53,673 nt of DNA from an uncultured Clostridia bacterium (GTDB lineage: Bacteria; Bacillota; Clostridia; TANB77; CAG-508), in assembly GCA_944387535.1 (NCBI GenBank), contig CALXFI010000004.1, positions 1-53,673 on the forward strand. Direction: 5' to 3'. Positions 9,764-21,800 of the stretch are shown piece after piece (the stretch's first letter is position 1; every line of letters starts with the position of its first letter). The notes under the pieces were generated by a model. The model was given only the letters and a program-made list of their open reading frames with translations, did not search any database and was not told where the DNA came from. Both the position numbers and the translations under genes were made by a program.

Positions 9764-12700
9764 ATGAAGAGTAAAATTATAAAAATAATAACAGTAATGT
9801 TATTGTTAGTTACTCTAACAATGATTAATTTTATTTATGTTGGAGTAGGATTTGTGAGTTTAGCAGCTGAAAATATTTCTACAAATCATAGAAATATAGA
9901 ATATACAGCTGAACTTAAAAGTGAGACTCTATTAACATTAACAGTAACTGTAAAAAATGAAGGATATTTTAATGGAGAAATTACTTTAGAAAATAGTAAT
10001 TTTAGGTTAAAAAATTCCACAAGTGAATATGTAAATAAAATAGAAGGAAATAAAATACTATTAAATCAAATAAATGCTGGAAGTACAGCAAATATTGATG
10101 TAGAAATTGAACCTGTTAAAGATGATAGTTTAGATGCAGGTTTATTAACTGTTGCATCAAGTTTAAGATTAACAGGTATTTATAGAGATAGTACAGAAAA
10201 AGACATAAACATTGAAGCAACAAGAGAAGTTAAGCTAGAATATACTGAAAATAATAATGAAGATAGTGTAGAAAATACAGCAGAGGTAATAACAAATAAA
10301 ATAGTTAAAGTAGATGGTGAAGAAAAAAGAGTTATACAGATTTCTATGAATATGGGATTAAAAGAAAATAATTACCCAATAGAAGAAATAAGTGCAGATG
10401 TTACTTTACCAGAAACTGAAAATACTCCAGAAGTTGTAACAAAAGCTAATTTTAATACAATGTCACATTTTGAATATAACATTAATGACAACAAAGTAAA
10501 TTTACAATTTACTAATGAGCCAAATGATGAAAACAAAATTTTATGGAAAAAAACAGGATGTGAAAATGTAATTTTAACTTTAGTTTATAATAAAGATGAG
10601 AGTCTAGAAGGTGCAAGATTCCCAATAGAAGAAACTGTAAAATTATATAATGACAAAGAAATAAAAGTTTCAAATACAGTAGAAATAGGAGCAGAAGAGA
10701 AGGATTCTTTAATTCAAATAACTAATTCAGCTACAGAGAGTTCAATTTATAAAGGAAAAATAAATGCATCTTTGGATAGGGCATTTGAAACTAAAACGAA
10801 ATTAAGCATTAACTTAGCAAATAGTGAAGAGAATGCTTCTGTAAAAGAAGATGCAAGTTATTATAATTTGGCAGATGGTGAAACACTTGCTGCAAATGTT
10901 GTTTATAATAAAACAGCTATATCAAAGAATAGTTTTGATAAAATATTAGGACAAAACGGAAGTATAACAATATTAAATGAAAATGGTGTAGTATTAGGAA
11001 CAATAAATTCACAAACACAAGCAGATGAAAATGGCAATGTAGTAATTGACTATTTAGGAAAAGAACCATCAAGCATAGAAATAAGAACAACAATGCCAGT
11101 ATCTGAAGGAGATTTAGTATTTGTACATACAAAAACAATAAAAGCAGGGCAAGAAGAAATTACTAGAAATGCAGTAGAATTAGTATCAAATGCAACTATT
11201 AGTTATAATGAAACTGTAACAAATAGTATGGAAGCAAAAATAAAATTAGAAGAAGCAAAAACAGAAGCTAATTTAGAGGTAAATAAAGATACATTATCAA
11301 CAGTAATACCAAACGATATAGAAATAAGAGCAACTTTAAAGAGCAATCAAGAACAATATAACTTATATGAAAATCCAATAATTACTTTTGAATTACCAGA
11401 ACCAGTAGAAAATATTACAATAAATAGTGCAGATTTAGTTTATGAAACTGAATTATCTATTGCAAACTGTAGTACAGAAGGAAGAACAATTACGGTAGAA
11501 TTAACAGGAAAGCAAACAAGTTATAAAGAGCCTGGAATAGATGGAGCTATACTTGTTATAGATGCTACTGCAGTGGTAAATAGAAGAGTAGCAACACAAG
11601 ACTCAAAAGTGACAATGACAGTCCAAAATAAAGGAGAAATAATAACATCTGATAATGACATAAGAGTAGTTGCTCCAACAGATATGACAGTAATTCATTC
11701 TATTTCTAATTTAGGAGTAGAGACATTGGGAGAAGAGGACACAAAAGTAGTAACACTTGATAGAGGAACAGATGCAAAAGATTTACAAACACAAATAGAA
11801 GTAATAAATAATAATGAAAATGCTATGGAGAATGTAAAAGTTTTAGGTACATTTCCAACAAAAAGTAATGAAAATAATATAGATACAACTGTAACTCAAG
11901 GACTTGATGTTCAAGGAGTAGAAGGTGCAAAAGTATATTATACTGAAAATGAAAATGCAACAGATGATGTACAAAATGGAGAAAATGGATGGCAAGAAAA
12001 TATAACAGATGGTACTAAAGTTAAAAAGTATTTAATTGAAGTACCTACAATGGAATCTGGAGCAAGTGTATTTGCAACATATACAACAAATGTACCAGCT
12101 TCTCTAGAATATAATCAAGAAGCTAGCCAAGATTATACAGTAGATTACCAAAATTCAATAACAAAAGCTACAAATCAAATGAAAGCTACAAAAATAGACT
12201 TAGAAACAGGTATAGGACCGGATTTGGAAACAAAATTAACAACTAGTGTAGCAGGTTCAAATCAAAATAATGGTGGAACTGTTAAAAATGGTGAAGTTAT
12301 TAAATATAAAATAGAAGTTTCAAATGAAGGTAGCGTTGATATAAATAATGTATCAGTTAAAGGGATAGTACCAGATGGAACTACATTAGTAGAACCTGAA
12401 GATAACTTTGAATATACAGGAGCTTCATATTATAAAGAATTAAAAGATAGAGCCTATGAAGATACAATAGATACTTTAAAAGTAGGAGAAGTTGTAACAA
12501 AAGAATATGAAGTAAGAGTAAATAATGATACACAAGCAGGAACAAACTTAGTAAGCAAATCAAGTATAACTTATGGAGATGTAACTAAAGAGTCTGATGA
12601 GACAAGCTTAATTACAACAAGTGGAAATATTCGTGTAACTGTAAAAAGAGTAACAGATAGAAGTGTTGATTTATATGAAACAGGAGTAATTCAATATTTA

Positions 12701-14581
12701 GCTATAGTAGAAAATATTTCTGATAAAACACAAGATGATGTAACAGTTAAGACTAATTTACCAGATACTTTAGAAGTAACTAGATTAAATTTAATTACAA
12801 ATATGTCTTCAGAAGAAGTAACAAATGAAGAACTTCAAAGTGCAAATTCAGGAAATGAGACAGTAGGAGAACCAGTAGAAGTTACAGAGGATGAATTAAC
12901 TTCAAATAATAGTGATAATTCTACTTCAGAATTAATAGATTATCAAGATGAAATAAATATAGGTTCATTAGAACCAGGACAAAATAAAGTATTAAGCTAT
13001 GACATGAGGATTGATAAATTAGAACAAACACCAGCAGTTGATTTCTCTGTAGTAGCAGATGTAGGAAGAGATGAATATCGTTCAAATGTAGTAACAGATG
13101 ATGTAAGAAAAGTTGATATATCTTTATCAATGACAGCTAATCCGGATGGAAATTATTTAAAAGCTGGAGATACATTAAAATATACTATAAATATTAAAAA
13201 TAACGGAACTCAAGATATTAATGATTTAATATTAAAAGATAATATACCATCTAGTCTAACAGTAAATAAAGTAACATTTGATGGACAAGAAGTTACAGAA
13301 TTGTCAGGAACAAATAACATTGAAATAAGTGTAAACATTGCAGCAGGTTCTGAAAGTACATTAGAAATTGAAACAGTTGTTAATTTCTCCGAAGGAAGAA
13401 ATGAAGCAGAAGCAATTACAAATGTTGCACATGCAGAAGTGTTAGCAGAAACAGTTGCTACAACACCAGAGATTACACATATAATTGAAGCAAATGAAAA
13501 TCAAGGTGGAGCAACTGAAAATCCAGGAGAAAATAATGGAAGCAATAATGATGTAGCAAATGGAAATGGAATTATAACAGGTGTTGCATGGTTTGACGAA
13601 AATGCAAATGGACAAAAAGATAGTGGAGAAAAATTAATAAGCGGAGTAAAAGTGAAATTATATAATACACAAACAAATAATTTAGTAAGAAAACAAGATG
13701 GAAGTGTATTAGAAACAACAACTAATGAAAATGGTGTATATGTACTAGACCATATAGCAAAAGGAAACTATATTGTAATATTTGATTATGATAATTCAGC
13801 ATATACTTTAACAAAATATAAAGCAGAAGGCGTAAGTGAGACAAACAATTCAGATGCAATGATGAAAGATTTGGAATTAGACGGACAAACTCAAAATGTT
13901 GCATCAACAGATATCTTAAATATGAATGAAGGAAATATTTCAGATATTAATATAGGATTTGTAAAATTACAAAACTTTGATTTAAAACTTGAAAAATTTG
14001 TTAGCAAAATAGTTATACAAGATTCAAGTGGAAGTACAGTAAAAGAATACAATGATGAAACTTTAGCAAGAGCAGAGCTAGACGCAAAAAGAGTAAATGG
14101 AGCAACAGTATTAATAGAATATAAAATTAGAGTAACTAACCAGGGAGAAGTAGACGGATATGTTAGAAGCATTGTAGATTATATGCCAAATGACTTAAAA
14201 TTTAGCTCAGAAATGAATAAAGATTGGTATCAAACTTCAGATGGACTATATAATGCAAGTCTAGCAAATGACGTAATTAAACCAGGAGAATCAAAAGAAG
14301 TAACATTAACATTGACTAAGAATATGACAGATGATAATTTAGGTTTAATTAACAATACAGCAGAGATAAAAGAAATCTATAATGAACTAGGATTAGCAGA
14401 TAGTAATTCAACACCAGGAAATAGAGCAAATGGTGAAAATGATATGGGTTCAGCAGATGTGCTTTTAGGACTTAGAACAGGTGGAGCAGTCTATATTGGA
14501 ATAACTATAGCAGTAGTTGTAGTTCTAGGAGCAATAGTTTTCATAGTAATTAAAAGAAGAAAAAATAAAGAGGAAATATAG
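9764..14581 (+). CDS. Large secreted surface protein, type A (DUF11-like repeats, SdrD B-like domain, C-terminal anchor)
   Basis: AAGGAGG RBS; signal peptide; GEVIKYKIEVSNEG and GDTLKYTINIKNNG repeats; ITGVAWFDENANGQKDSGE; LRTG + TM + basic tail. Confidence 0.85.
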   Translation: MKSKIIKIITVMLLLVTLTMINFIYVGVGFVSLAAENISTNHRNIEYTAELKSETLLTLTVTVKNEGYFNGEITLENSNFRLKNSTSEYVNKIEGNKILLNQINAGSTANIDVEIEPVKDDSLDAGLLTVASSLRLTGIYRDSTEKDINIEATREVKLEYTENNNEDSVENTAEVITNKIVKVDGEEKRVIQISMNMGLKENNYPIEEISADVTLPETENTPEVVTKANFNTMSHFEYNINDNKVNLQFTNEPNDENKILWKKTGCENVILTLVYNKDESLEGARFPIEETVKLYNDKEIKVSNTVEIGAEEKDSLIQITNSATESSIYKGKINASLDRAFETKTKLSINLANSEENASVKEDASYYNLADGETLAANVVYNKTAISKNSFDKILGQNGSITILNENGVVLGTINSQTQADENGNVVIDYLGKEPSSIEIRTTMPVSEGDLVFVHTKTIKAGQEEITRNAVELVSNATISYNETVTNSMEAKIKLEEAKTEANLEVNKDTLSTVIPNDIEIRATLKSNQEQYNLYENPIITFELPEPVENITINSADLVYETELSIANCSTEGRTITVELTGKQTSYKEPGIDGAILVIDATAVVNRRVATQDSKVTMTVQNKGEIITSDNDIRVVAPTDMTVIHSISNLGVETLGEEDTKVVTLDRGTDAKDLQTQIEVINNNENAMENVKVLGTFPTKSNENNIDTTVTQGLDVQGVEGAKVYYTENENATDDVQNGENGWQENITDGTKVKKYLIEVPTMESGASVFATYTTNVPASLEYNQEASQDYTVDYQNSITKATNQMKATKIDLETGIGPDLETKLTTSVAGSNQNNGGTVKNGEVIKYKIEVSNEGSVDINNVSVKGIVPDGTTLVEPEDNFEYTGASYYKELKDRAYEDTIDTLKVGEVVTKEYEVRVNNDTQAGTNLVSKSSITYGDVTKESDETSLITTSGNIRVTVKRVTDRSVDLYETGVIQYLAIVENISDKTQDDVTVKTNLPDTLEVTRLNLITNMSSEEVTNEELQSANSGNETVGEPVEVTEDELTSNNSDNSTSELIDYQDEINIGSLEPGQNKVLSYDMRIDKLEQTPAVDFSVVADVGRDEYRSNVVTDDVRKVDISLSMTANPDGNYLKAGDTLKYTINIKNNGTQDINDLILKDNIPSSLTVNKVTFDGQEVTELSGTNNIEISVNIAAGSESTLEIETVVNFSEGRNEAEAITNVAHAEVLAETVATTPEITHIIEANENQGGATENPGENNGSNNDVANGNGIITGVAWFDENANGQKDSGEKLISGVKVKLYNTQTNNLVRKQDGSVLETTTNENGVYVLDHIAKGNYIVIFDYDNSAYTLTKYKAEGVSETNNSDAMMKDLELDGQTQNVASTDILNMNEGNISDINIGFVKLQNFDLKLEKFVSKIVIQDSSGSTVKEYNDETLARAELDAKRVNGATVLIEYKIRVTNQGEVDGYVRSIVDYMPNDLKFSSEMNKDWYQTSDGLYNASLANDVIKPGESKEVTLTLTKNMTDDNLGLINNTAEIKEIYNELGLADSNSTPGNRANGENDMGSADVLLGLRTGGAVYIGITIAVVVVLGAIVFIVIKRRKNKEEI

Positions 14582-14601
14582 AAAGAAAGGAGGGAGAGGT
14601 T

Positions 14602-17600
14602 TTGATGAATAGATTAAAGAAAATAGCAATTAGTATTGCAATAACAATAATAGCTATATTAGGAATTGCAACAATGTCAGAGGCTTATTATGTAGGTCAA
14701 AAAGTAACAATAACAAGTAGCCAATATTATAATAGTAGCAATATATTTTGTATGGAGCATGGACAAGCAATTAGTAATATTATGAGATTTAGAGTTATAT
14801 CAAATGTAAGAATAGAAGGAACAAAATCAACAGACCATACAGGAAAAACAATAGACCATTGGGATAATGCAAAACTTGCTTATATATTGTCTCAAAATAA
14901 TGGTTCAGTGAAATGGACAGGACCTGTTGCAAATGCTATTTGGAATTTTGGTTACACTTGGATGAAAGATGTTGGCCAATACCATGCAGGGTTATATTTA
15001 GGATTTGCAGGTAGTAGAAGAGGAGATTATTCAAGTTGGGTAGATAGCGGAGCTAATGATTATGCAAATAGCATAGCAAATGGTACTAATATAACAGATA
15101 ATACTAATAAAGATAATATTCAAGTAGTAGCATATCAAAAAGATGGAAAAAGTTATATGAGAATAGGACCATTTAATTGGACTTTTGGAGGAACAATAAC
15201 AGATGTAAATGTATATGATCAAGATTCTAATCCAGTATCTGAAAAACTATTTAGCAGTTTTTCAGGAACAACAGAAAACTTCTTTGATGTTAGTGGCATA
15301 AAATCAGGAACTGATTTTTACATTTCAATTCCACTAGATGGAACTGTTACAAGAATAACTAAAATTACTGGTAATATGCAAATGCAATTAAAAGGAGTAA
15401 ACATATGGTTCTTAGAAGCAACAAATGGATATATACAAAACATGTTAATTAGAGAACCTTATACTACTACTGATAATGTAGAAATAAACTTCGATTATGA
15501 TATACCTACAACAGGACGTTTAAGAGTAATAAAGGTAAATAAAGATAATCATGAATTTAAATTACCAGGAGTAGGATTCTATATTATGAATCAAGATATA
15601 GGAAAATATGTAAAGCAAGATGAAAATGGTAATATTACATATGTAGATACGAAAGAGGAAGCAACAGAGTTTATAACTGATGAAAATGGAGAAATTTATA
15701 TTGAAAATTTGGTAATAGGTACATATGTAGCATATGAGACACAAAATCCAAATTATGGATATGAATTTTTAACAGATGGTCAAGTAACTCAAGTTATTGC
15801 AGATGAAACAACAGAGTTTATGATAGAAAATAAACAAATCTATGTAAAATTATCAGGAATTGTATGGGTAGATAAAATATCAGGAAAACAATCAGTTAGA
15901 AATGATTTGTTTAAAGATAATGACTATGACGATTCAGATATTTTATTAGATGGAATTACAGTAAGATTAAAAGATAGAACAACAGGTGAGACTGTAATGG
16001 AAGCAACGACAGCAGACGGTGGAGCATACTTATTTGAGGATGTTCTAATTGAAAAATTACAAGACTATTATATTGAATTTGAATATGACGGATTAACATA
16101 TACAAATGTAATTCCACATATAGATCGTGACAATGGATCTAAATCTGCAGAAAACCCTACAGTAAGAGATGAATTTAATAAAGACTTTAGTAAAATAGAG
16201 GGTGGAAATACAGAAGACACAGGTATTACTCTTGATGAAAATGGTAATAAAGTTTATGACTTAAGCTATAACTTAGATCAAAATGAACACACAGCAACAT
16301 TAATTAATAATGGACAATATTTAATTACAGGAAATACTGATGAAACTGGTTACAGTATTTGGGATCACTTTACATATGGTATGGAAGAAATAAAATGGAT
16401 TAACCAAGGTTTATATGAAAGAGAACAACCAGATATGGCATTAATCAAAGACTTACAAAATGTGAGAGTTGCAGTTAATGGATATCAACATGTATATGAT
16501 TATTCACAAAGATTTGTAAATCAAGGTGAATATGGTGATGGATTTAATGTTGGTGTAAAATTTGGTAACAAATATGGATCAATGTCATATACAAGAGCAA
16601 TTTATAAGGCTGATTATGAATATATAAATGAGGAAGATCCAAGTAGAGAATTAAAAGTTTATGCAACATATAGAATAGCTTTAAGAAATGAATCTACAAA
16701 CTTAATTAGTCAAATAAATAGTATAGTAGATTATTATGATAGTAACTATACACTTCTAAGAGCTGGAACAGCATTAGATGAAAATGGAAGCATAACAGGA
16801 AATGAACTTACTCATACAGATACTGCATATAATGATCAATATGCAAAAACTGTAATTGATACAAATACTAGATTAGAGCCACAAAGTACATCTGATATTT
16901 ATATAGAATTCCAATTAAGTAGAGAGCAAGTTGTAAACTTAATCAATGATGGAGAAGTTCTAGATAATGTTGTAGAAATAAATTCTTATTCTACATTTGA
17001 TGCAGATGGAAATGTATATGCAGGTATAGACAAAGATTCTAATCCAGCAAATGCAACCCCAGGAAATGAGGCAACATATCAAGATGATACAGATTCAGCA
17101 CCTGGATTTAAGCTAGAAGTTGCAGACGCAAGAAAGTTAGATGGTAAAGTATTCTTAGATGAAACTTCAGGAGAATTAATGACAGGTGAAATAAGACAAG
17201 GATCTGGAGCATATGAAGATGGTGAACCAGGTATTGAAGGTGTAGAGGTTACATTAACAGAAAATACAGGAAGTGGAAAAGTATATACTACTACAACTGA
17301 TAGTAATGGAGATTTCCAAATTACAGATTATATACCAGGTGATTATACATTAACATATACTTGGGGAGATGACACTTATACAGTACAAAACTATAAAGGA
17401 ACAGTATATGATAGTTCAAGAGACCAAACAAATAAACAATGGTTTAAGGAAGATGTAGATACAAGAAAAACAGATGCTATTGATGATTATGAATTAAGAC
17501 AGAAAATTGATGATGAAATTAAGCATATAACAAATAATACTCAAGTCACAATAAACAAAATGAATTCTACAACTCCAACAATGGGAATTGGAGTAGAATA

Positions 17601-18513
17601 TGATAGTGTTTATACAGCATCTTCAGGAGATAGGTATACTTACGAAATTCATAATGTTGATTTTGGTATAGTGGAAAGAGCAAGACAAAAATTAGCAATG
17701 ACTAAGAGAGTAAAAACAGTAAAAGTAACACTCGCAAATGGTCAAGTAATAATGGACGCAACATTTGATGAAGATGGTAATATAATAGGACAAACAAATC
17801 ACATAACTCATATGGGACCATCAGAGACTGCAAGTCCTCAAAATGGATATGTAAGACTTGAAATAGATAATGAAATAGTTCAAGGAGCAACATTAGAGGT
17901 AAGTTATGAAATAAAAGCTACAAACCTAAGTGAGCTAGATTACTTATCTGAAAACTACTATAAATATGGAATTGTAGAAGGAGACGTTGTAACAATAACT
18001 CCATCAGCTATAATAGATTACCTAGATAATGATTGGGCATTTGATAGGGAAGCAAATCAAGATTGGCAAGTTAAAACACCAGACGAGATTAAAGATATAG
18101 TAGCAGATGTTGTATATAATAATGAAAATTCTACTATAAATGAAAAGATTATTCTTTATACAGAAAGTTTAAAAGAACATAATTTAAAACCAACTGAAGC
18201 GGCAGCAGCAGATTTATCAGTATCTAAATTATTATCAACAGCAAATGAGACTTATGTTGATAACGAAACAGAAGTTGTAACATTAGATAAGACAGGAGGA
18301 GCTAAGCCAGATGAAATACCAGGAAATTATATTCCAGGTAGTGGACATACAGAAATTGATGACAATATGGCAGAAACAGTTATTGTTACACCATCAACAG
18401 GTAATAACTTAGCATTTATAGTACCAACTATAGTTGGTGTAGTTGCATTAGTTATCTTAGGAGTTGGAGTATTCTTAATTAAGAAAAGAGCTCTAGGAAA
18501 TAAAGACAAATAA
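14602..18513 (+). CDS. Large secreted surface protein, type B (possible thioester domain, SpaA/SdrD B-like domains, C-terminal anchor)
   Basis: Signal peptide ending SEA; LSGIVWVD and LDGKVFLD SdrD-B-like motifs; TPSTG + TM + KKR. Confidence 0.85.
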   Translation: MMNRLKKIAISIAITIIAILGIATMSEAYYVGQKVTITSSQYYNSSNIFCMEHGQAISNIMRFRVISNVRIEGTKSTDHTGKTIDHWDNAKLAYILSQNNGSVKWTGPVANAIWNFGYTWMKDVGQYHAGLYLGFAGSRRGDYSSWVDSGANDYANSIANGTNITDNTNKDNIQVVAYQKDGKSYMRIGPFNWTFGGTITDVNVYDQDSNPVSEKLFSSFSGTTENFFDVSGIKSGTDFYISIPLDGTVTRITKITGNMQMQLKGVNIWFLEATNGYIQNMLIREPYTTTDNVEINFDYDIPTTGRLRVIKVNKDNHEFKLPGVGFYIMNQDIGKYVKQDENGNITYVDTKEEATEFITDENGEIYIENLVIGTYVAYETQNPNYGYEFLTDGQVTQVIADETTEFMIENKQIYVKLSGIVWVDKISGKQSVRNDLFKDNDYDDSDILLDGITVRLKDRTTGETVMEATTADGGAYLFEDVLIEKLQDYYIEFEYDGLTYTNVIPHIDRDNGSKSAENPTVRDEFNKDFSKIEGGNTEDTGITLDENGNKVYDLSYNLDQNEHTATLINNGQYLITGNTDETGYSIWDHFTYGMEEIKWINQGLYEREQPDMALIKDLQNVRVAVNGYQHVYDYSQRFVNQGEYGDGFNVGVKFGNKYGSMSYTRAIYKADYEYINEEDPSRELKVYATYRIALRNESTNLISQINSIVDYYDSNYTLLRAGTALDENGSITGNELTHTDTAYNDQYAKTVIDTNTRLEPQSTSDIYIEFQLSREQVVNLINDGEVLDNVVEINSYSTFDADGNVYAGIDKDSNPANATPGNEATYQDDTDSAPGFKLEVADARKLDGKVFLDETSGELMTGEIRQGSGAYEDGEPGIEGVEVTLTENTGSGKVYTTTTDSNGDFQITDYIPGDYTLTYTWGDDTYTVQNYKGTVYDSSRDQTNKQWFKEDVDTRKTDAIDDYELRQKIDDEIKHITNNTQVTINKMNSTTPTMGIGVEYDSVYTASSGDRYTYEIHNVDFGIVERARQKLAMTKRVKTVKVTLANGQVIMDATFDEDGNIIGQTNHITHMGPSETASPQNGYVRLEIDNEIVQGATLEVSYEIKATNLSELDYLSENYYKYGIVEGDVVTITPSAIIDYLDNDWAFDREANQDWQVKTPDEIKDIVADVVYNNENSTINEKIILYTESLKEHNLKPTEAAAADLSVSKLLSTANETYVDNETEVVTLDKTGGAKPDEIPGNYIPGSGHTEIDDNMAETVIVTPSTGNNLAFIVPTIVGVVALVILGVGVFLIKKRALGNKDK

Positions 18514-18563
18514 AATAAAGACAGATGAAAAAATCATAAAAAATAAGAACAGAATGATAAAAA

Positions 18564-18604
18564 GAAAAAAGAGGTAGAAATTTAAATTTTCTACTTCTTT
18601 TTTC
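18564..18604 (+). terminator. Intrinsic terminator
   Basis: GAAAAAAGAGGTAGAAA / TTTCTACTTCTTTTTTC inverted repeat. Confidence 0.7.
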
Positions 18605-18866
18605 ATGCTAAAAAATATTTAGATTAATTTTTTGTGCTTTGTAACAAATATTTTTCTTTGCGCAAATAAATGATTGAAGCGTTTTTAGTAAGAAAATGTC
18701 CAAAAATGTAATAAAAATGTAAAGAGTTTTTAATAATTGTGGCGCAAATGACTTTCCCTAAAGACTTATGGATTATTTTCCCAGATTAGGAAAAAATACA
18801 CATTGAAATTGCTTGAAAAAGCTTGTAATATTAATATAAGAAATTTTACATATGGGGGAAAGTATC

Positions 18867-21800
18867 ATGAAAAAGAAAAATATTGTAAAAATATTTGCTT
18901 TAGCAGTTTTAGTAATTTTGGTAATAGTAGCAAGCAGATTAGTTACAAGAACAAGTTATGGAGCAGATAATGAAGAAAAAGCTATTCTTGAAGGAGCTTT
19001 TAATAAGTATGTAAATTATGAGCTCACGGATGGAACTAAAGCCACTTTAGTGCAATATAGCTTAAGAACAGGAATTGAATATGGAGATGAATTTTATGCT
19101 ATAAGAAATTCAGAAATAAGTGTTGCTTTAAACCAAATTGATGGAAAATATCCAACCAGTGTAAAAGTAATTGGTAAGAGTACAAAAGTAACGAATGGAA
19201 AAACAACAGATATAAATGAAGATTATAGCTATGATTCTAATACTGGAATTGTAACAATAAGAACAAGTAATGAAAATGAAAATGGAGACCCTATATATAA
19301 TGCAAAACCAGCTGAGAATGATAGAGATGAATATATTGTTATTTCTTATTATGATACTTATACACAAGATAAGCCAGAAAGAGAATTATCTTGCAATGTA
19401 TCATATAAAGCAGTATTGTTTACAGATGATAATAAAGAAGTAACTGGAGAAGGAAATCTAGATCAAAAAGTTACAGAAGATGTAGGAGAGTTAACTTCTG
19501 TTAATACAAATACAAGTGATGTATATAATGGATATATTAAATCTAATATTATAAATGGAACTGCTTATGATACAGAATATACTGAGAATAATGAAATAAT
19601 GATAAGTGACAAACGTGCTCATCAAAAAATTAATATTACAGAAGAAAACTCATTTGTAGCACAAAATGATATTTATTATAAAAGTACAAAAATATTAAAA
19701 GATGACATATTAAATGTTTTAGGAGAAAATGGTAGTTTAGAGATATTAGATGGAAATAATAATGTTGTTGCAACTATTGATAATAATACAGAGTTCAATG
19801 AAAATGGAGAATATATAGTTACATATGGAGATGATGTAAATAGTATAACTATAAAAACAAGTAATGTAACCAATGAGGGAATATTAAACATAGAAAATGT
19901 AAAGAGAATAAAAAGTGATGAATCAAATATAGATGATAAAGATATCACAAGAAAAGTAACTATAGTAGGAATAAATGAAAAAGAAGAACAAGTAAATGTA
20001 GATGAAACTATAAACTACTTACAAAATGGAAACTTAAATTTAAATAGTGTAGACAATAATGTAACTACAGGAGAAAATGAAGGCAATAATGTAGCAACAC
20101 AAATAGTAGAAGAAGAAAGCTACAGAAATGAGAAAGAAAATACAATAGAAATAAAAGATGCTACAACTAATATAGAGTTAAATGTAGATAATACAAATTG
20201 GACAAATGAAAAACAAAATGAAGTAACTTTTGATATTTCATTAAATTCTTCAAATATTAAAGACAATCTTTTTGTTAATCCAAGTGTAAGAATAACTTTA
20301 CCAAGTGAGGTAGAAAAAGTTATATTAAATGATAGCCAAATTATGTATGGTAATGGATTAGAGTTACAACAACCATATACAGAGACTGATGAAAATGGAA
20401 ATATAAATATAGTAGCTAATTTAACCGGTAAACAGACACAATATGATACAAATAATTTAGGATTAACAACAAATGTAAAAATAAGTGGAACAATAATCTT
20501 GAAAAAAGACATAAGTAATGCGTCAGAAAAAATGAATTTAACATACACAAATGGATATACATTAGATGGAAGTGCTGAACAAGGAAATATTGAAAAACAA
20601 GTACAGATATCTACTTATAATGCAGATACAGAACAAACAAATCAAACTAATGATATATCACAAGTTGTAAGTAATACAATTGAAAATGTAGGAAAAGAAG
20701 CAAGTACAATAGCAACAATGCAAAATGTAGATGGCTTGGAATTAACAGTTGAACCAGTAAAAGGAGATACAATATTAAAAGATGGCGACAGTGTATATGA
20801 AGGAGAATTCATTAAATATAACATTACAATAAAAAATAATTCAGATAATGATTTAACTGGTGTAAAAGTTGTTGGAAATATACCTGATGGCGTTACATAT
20901 GGAGAACTAGATGCAGATTATTATAATGCACTTAGCTATTATAGATATAATTATGATAGTGAGTTAAAACAAAAAGAAATAGATGTAGGAGATATAAAAT
21001 CAGGAGAGAGCATTTCTGAATTTTATGAAGTAAAAGTAAATGATTTAGCAGATGGAACAGAGGAATTACCAATAGATTCTACTATAGATTTATATGTAGA
21101 TACTCAAGAAGTAACAAGTTACGAAATAAAGAACACAGTAAAACCAGCAGAATTGAGTGTGTTTTTAAAAGCAGAAACAGATCACACACCAGAAAATTGG
21201 AACTATGATTTAATTTTTACAGGAGAAGCAAAAGATGCGACTGTAAAAGTGCAATTACCTGAAGAATATACAGCTGAATATTATATGGAAGGTGAGCTTG
21301 GTTTATTATCAGAAATAACAGAAGAACAAATATCAGAAGACAATGTACTTACATTAAATGTAAATACAGCAAATACATATAGAATTTTTGGAACAATAAA
21401 GAATGTAGATGTAGATACTACAGGTAATTTATCTACAAAAATATTACAAGCAGTAGCAACTGTTAATGTTGACGGAAACGAATATAAATCAAATGAAAAT
21501 AGAATAGAATATAGTTATGAAAATTTATCTATAACAATGACTTCAAATAATGAGGGCGAAGAAGTAAAATATGGAGATATAATTGAATATACAATTTCAA
21601 TTAAAAATATAGGTAGAAAAAATACAAATGAATTAGGATATGATCAAATATTAGTAAATTTAAAAGATTATTTACCAGAAGAAGTTGAACCTATAGATGT
21701 AACATATATGAAGCAAGAATATGCAGAAGATGGGTCTATAAGTTCAGAAGAAGAAGTTACTGAAGATATAAGTGGAACTGTTACAGATGATACAGGAAAA

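Noticed and set aside
18605-18866. Riboswitch upstream of the giant surface-protein gene
   Set aside because: Repeated GCGCAAAT words are present but I could not match a c-di-GMP or other known aptamer consensus.
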